Assembly: GCA_903934745.1 (NCBI GenBank)
Contig: CAIZOZ010000062.1
Span: forward strand, 1,392-65,391
From: an uncultured cyanobacterium
GTDB lineage: Bacteria > Cyanobacteriota > Cyanobacteriia > PCC-6307 > Cyanobiaceae
Length of the DNA stretch: 64,000 nucleotides
Direction of reading: 5' to 3'
The notes below the pieces were generated by a model that did not search any database, was not told the origin of the DNA, and saw nothing but the letters and a program-made list of their open reading frames with translations. How positions within the stretch are numbered: position 1 is the stretch's first letter; each line of letters begins with the position of its first letter. Positions 60,768-64,000 of this stretch are shown in pieces. The translations under genes and the position numbers were made by a program.

Positions 60768-61940
60768 ATGCTTCCTCCCGACACCAGCGGCGTTCAGCTC
60801 AGCCCCGATGAGGTGGCTCGCTTCTCGCGTCATCTGATCCTGCCCGAGGTGGGCATGGAGGGCCAGAAGCGGCTGAAGGCGGCCTCGGTGCTCTGTGTCG
60901 GTACCGGCGGCCTCGGATCGCCCTTGCTGCTTTATCTCGCCGCCGCCGGTGTGGGTCGGCTCGGCATCGTCGATTTCGATGTGGTGGACCACAGCAACCT
61001 GCAGCGCCAGGTGATCCACGGCACCAGCTGGGTGGGTAAGCCCAAGATTGAATCGGCCAAGGCCCGCATTCTTGAGATCAATCCCCACTGCCAGGTGGAT
61101 CTCTATGAAACCGCGCTCACCAGCGAGAACGCGCTCGAGATCATCGCCGGCTACGACCTGGTGTGTGACGGCACCGACAACTTTCCCACTCGCTATCTGG
61201 TCAACGACGCCTGCGTGCTGCTGGGCAAGCCGAATGTGTATGGCTCGATCTTTCGTTTTGAAGGTCAGGCCACGGTGTTCAACCTCGATGCCGAAAGCCC
61301 CAACTACCGCGATCTGTTCCCCGAGCCGCCACCGCCGGGCATGGTGCCTTCCTGTGCCGAAGGCGGCGTGGTGGGGGTGCTGCCCGGCATCATCGGTGTG
61401 ATTCAGGCCACCGAGGCGCTGAAGATCATCACTGGCATCGGTACCACCTTGAGTGGCCGCCTGCTGCTGTTTGATGCTTTGCAGATGAAGTTTCGCGAGC
61501 TCAAGTTGCGGCCTGACCCTGATCGCCCGGTGATCGAGAAGCTGATTGACTATCAGGAGTTCTGCGGAGTGGGTGGCACCGCTCCCGGTCAGGAGGAGGC
61601 AGGCGCCGTGATCAGCATCAGTGTCAAGGAATTGCAGGCGTTGCTGGCTGGAGATGTCAGCGGCCTGGTGCTGCTGGACGTGCGCAATCCGCCCGAGGTC
61701 GAGATCGCGGCCATTCCCGGTGCGCTGTTGATCCCCCTGGATCGGATCGAAAGCGGTGCGGCCGTGGAGGAGGTGCGCCGGCTGGCCGAGGGCAAGACGC
61801 TCTATGTCCACTGCAAGCTGGGCGGGCGCTCGGCCAAGGCCCTGATCGCCTTGGCGCGCCACGGCATTGAGGGGGTGAATGTGGCCGGTGGCATCCAGGC
61901 CTGGAGTCAGGAGGTGGATCCCTCCGTGCCCCAGTACTGA
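60768..61940 (+). CDS. moeB: ThiF/MoeB-type adenylyltransferase fused to rhodanese (MoeZ architecture)
   Basis: FSRHLILPEVG, VGTGGLGSP and PSCAEGGVVG motifs. The C-terminal rhodanese has an active-site VHCKLGGRS. Confidence 0.88.
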   Translation: MLPPDTSGVQLSPDEVARFSRHLILPEVGMEGQKRLKAASVLCVGTGGLGSPLLLYLAAAGVGRLGIVDFDVVDHSNLQRQVIHGTSWVGKPKIESAKARILEINPHCQVDLYETALTSENALEIIAGYDLVCDGTDNFPTRYLVNDACVLLGKPNVYGSIFRFEGQATVFNLDAESPNYRDLFPEPPPPGMVPSCAEGGVVGVLPGIIGVIQATEALKIITGIGTTLSGRLLLFDALQMKFRELKLRPDPDRPVIEKLIDYQEFCGVGGTAPGQEEAGAVISISVKELQALLAGDVSGLVLLDVRNPPEVEIAAIPGALLIPLDRIESGAAVEEVRRLAEGKTLYVHCKLGGRSAKALIALARHGIEGVNVAGGIQAWSQEVDPSVPQY

Positions 61941-61945
61941 GGGCG

Positions 61946-62764
61946 GTGTCGTCCCCCCTGCCGAGCGAGCAGCGATGGCCTGGATTCAGCCGCGAGCGCT
62001 TGGGGAGGCTGGAGCGCCAGTTCCTGCCGCTGTTGATCACGGTGTTGGTTCCGGTCTTGCTCTTGCCTCAAACGGCGACGGGCCATCGGGCTGGGAACGC
62101 TCTGCTGGCTGTGTTGATTTCGGTGCTGATCGTGCAGTCGATCCGCACCATCGGCCTGGCTGGTGGTGCCAAGGTCGGCATGGTCTGGCGTCAGCGGACC
62201 TATACCTGGTTCGGTTGGCTGGTGCTGGTGTCGCTGTGGCTGCCGGTGGTGCACGACGGCTGGGAGCTGCCGGCGTTGAAGGCCACAGTCTTCTCCGGCC
62301 TCTCGCTGTTTTTTCTGATCACCTCGGTGGGACTGGTGCAGATCCTGGCGCGGGTGCCGCGGGTGAATGCCCAGGTGATGGCCGGGGCCGCCGCCGGTTA
62401 TCTGCTGCTGGGGTTCACCGGGGGGGTGTTGGCCACCGCCACGGAGGTGTTCAAACCCGGCAGCTTTCTGCTGGGTCATCTGCTGAATCATCAGCTACTG
62501 CTGGATCGGCTCACGTATTACAGCTTTGTCACAATCGCTGGCCTGGGCTATGGCGATGTCGTGCCCGGCAATGCCTTCGGCGAGCGCTTCGCGATCCTGC
62601 TGAGCGTGTCCAGCACGCTCTATGTGGCCCTGCTGGTGGGGCTGCTGCTGGGGCGCTTCATCGCTTCCCAGGAGGCACTGATTCTGGAGGAAGACAGCGT
62701 GCTGAGGCGGGTGACACCGTTGACTTTCGAGAGCAACGATGACGACAAGTCAGAGCTTCAGTAA
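61946..62764 (+). CDS. potassium channel family membrane protein
   Basis: Pore helix plus selectivity filter (YYSFVTIAGLGYGDVVP) and multiple TM helices. No RCK domain. The GTG start is 5 nt after the moeB stop. Confidence 0.8.
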   Translation: MSSPLPSEQRWPGFSRERLGRLERQFLPLLITVLVPVLLLPQTATGHRAGNALLAVLISVLIVQSIRTIGLAGGAKVGMVWRQRTYTWFGWLVLVSLWLPVVHDGWELPALKATVFSGLSLFFLITSVGLVQILARVPRVNAQVMAGAAAGYLLLGFTGGVLATATEVFKPGSFLLGHLLNHQLLLDRLTYYSFVTIAGLGYGDVVPGNAFGERFAILLSVSSTLYVALLVGLLLGRFIASQEALILEEDSVLRRVTPLTFESNDDDKSELQ

Positions 62765-63951
62765 TCCACGCCCCGCTTGAGATCCACACCCCGCTCGGCG
62801 TAGTGCTTGTGGCACACCATCTCCGAGTGCACGCTGGCCAGGTCGAAGTAGGCGGGGCGGCTCTTGCAGCGACCGGTGATGATCACCTCGGTTTCGGCGG
62901 GTTTGCGCAGCAGGGTCTGCACGATCGGCTCCACTGGCAGTAACTCGAGATCCACGGTGGGGTTGAGTTCATCGAGGATCACGGTTTTGTACAGACCGCT
63001 GGCGATCGCTGCCCGGGCGATCTCCCAGGCCCGCTCCGCCTCCACATAGTCGATCGGCTGCTGCTGGCCGCGCCAGACGATCGCATCGCGGCCGGAGCGC
63101 AGGTGATCCACCAGGTGGGGATAGCTCTCGCGCAGGGCGGCGATGGCGGCATCTTCGGTGTAGCCGCTGCCGCCTTTGAGCCATTGCAGGATCAGCACCC
63201 GATGGCTCTTGTCCTGGCTGATGCCGCGGCCGATCGCCTGCAGGGCCTTGCCCAGGGCGCTGGTGGACTTGCCCTTGCCTTCGCCGGTATAGATCTCGAT
63301 GCCATCGAGGCCGGTGCCACTGATCTGGCTGTCGACCGCTCCATCCGGCAGCCGGCGGCGATGGGCGCGCATCTCAGAGTGCAGATCGGCCAGCTGCACC
63401 AGCTGGGCCGGCGCCCCGCGCCCGGTGCAGATCACCTCCATCCCGGCGGGCTTGGCGGAGAGGGTGCGCACCACCTCTTCGGTTTCCAGCAGGCCCAGAT
63501 CCAGCACCGGGTTGATCTCGTCCAGCACCACCACGGAATAGAGGTTGCTGGCGATGGCGCCCTTGGCGATATCCCAGCCCCGCTGCGCTTCCTGGCGGTC
63601 GAAGCGGCTGGCCTCGGCGGCGGTGAAGAAGTCGCCGCGACCGGTGCGCACCTGATCGATCAGATGGGGAAAGCCCTGTTGCAGGGCCTCAATGGCACTG
63701 TCTTCGTCATAGGAGCGGCCGGGCCCCTTGAGGAAGCGCAGCAGCAGCACGCGGGTGCGTTTCTGTTCACAGATGCCCAGCCCGATGGTGCGCAGCACCA
63801 CGCCGAGGGCTGCCTGACTTTTGCCCTTGCCATCGCCGTCGTAGACGTGCAGCTGGCCGTGCTCACGCTCCTCGCTGCCGGCGGCGGTGCGGATGCCAAT
63901 CCCCCGCCCGGTGCCCCGTTGCGGTGTCTGGGTGCTGCTTGGGCCTGGCAT
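62758..63951 (-). CDS. cobO: cob(I)yrinic acid a,c-diamide adenosyltransferase (CobO/BtuR type), internally duplicated
   Basis: Two complete CobA-like P-loop domains in one 397-aa ORF:
- HVYDGDGKGKSQAALG...VVLDEINPVLDLGLL...DLHSEMRA.
- EIYTGEGKGKSTSALG...VILDELNPTVDLELL...SVHSEMVCHKH. Confidence 0.85.
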   Translation of the reverse strand: MPGPSSTQTPQRGTGRGIGIRTAAGSEEREHGQLHVYDGDGKGKSQAALGVVLRTIGLGICEQKRTRVLLLRFLKGPGRSYDEDSAIEALQQGFPHLIDQVRTGRGDFFTAAEASRFDRQEAQRGWDIAKGAIASNLYSVVVLDEINPVLDLGLLETEEVVRTLSAKPAGMEVICTGRGAPAQLVQLADLHSEMRAHRRRLPDGAVDSQISGTGLDGIEIYTGEGKGKSTSALGKALQAIGRGISQDKSHRVLILQWLKGGSGYTEDAAIAALRESYPHLVDHLRSGRDAIVWRGQQQPIDYVEAERAWEIARAAIASGLYKTVILDELNPTVDLELLPVEPIVQTLLRKPAETEVIITGRCKSRPAYFDLASVHSEMVCHKHYAERGVDLKRGVDY

Positions 63952-64000
63952 GGACGGGGTGTTCAGAACCTGATGCTACCCAGGTTGGACCGTGCCTTTG

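Overview
GC-rich picocyanobacterial chromosome segment of the marine or estuarine Synechococcus/Cyanobium type, almost entirely core genome. The assignment rests on psaA/psaB, psaL/psaI, ndhN, ldpA, a CurT-like protein, ferredoxin-GOGAT and HIP1-like GCGATCGC words.

Content, left to right:
- rpsG-rpsL (str operon end), a HesB/IscA protein, a secreted phosphodiester glycosidase, Fd-dependent glutamate synthase, lipA, tRNA-Pro.
- A fused cbiG/cobJ gene translationally coupled to a Pro-rich exported protein.
- psaA-psaB, then convergent psaL-psaI (psaI is below the ORF-track cutoff).
- A cell-wall neighbourhood: GT2, NlpC/P60, a class-A-like serine hydrolase, tRNA-Ser, and a MurF-Alr fusion.
- HNH endonuclease, prfA, rpmE.
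- The full rplC...rplQ ribosomal/secY/adk/rpoA cluster plus truA-rplM-rpsI, all on the minus strand.
- ndhN, a cation antiporter and ldpA; a SAM methyltransferase; a Ycf45-like ATPase; tRNA-Gln; a HAD hydrolase.
- recA with a LexA box; two small conserved proteins; a DinG-like protein with dead ATPase motifs.
- tyrA, a crtD-like desaturase, a fructosamine kinase, a CurT-like protein.
- A JAMM protease, MoeZ-type E1 and K+ channel run, then an internally duplicated CobO.

I recognised no transposase, integrase, CRISPR array, restriction or toxin genes, and the three tRNAs are not island-flanked. I therefore do not see a clear-cut novel multi-gene system.

The best leads are:
- The JAMM/E1/channel cluster, which lacks a ubiquitin-like partner in cis.
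- The ATPase-dead DinG-like protein.
- Two unusually long repeat-bearing spacers between convergent genes (psaB|psaL and recA|53419).
- Several untracked small ORFs.

Many long ORFs in the track are antisense shadows typical of high GC3.
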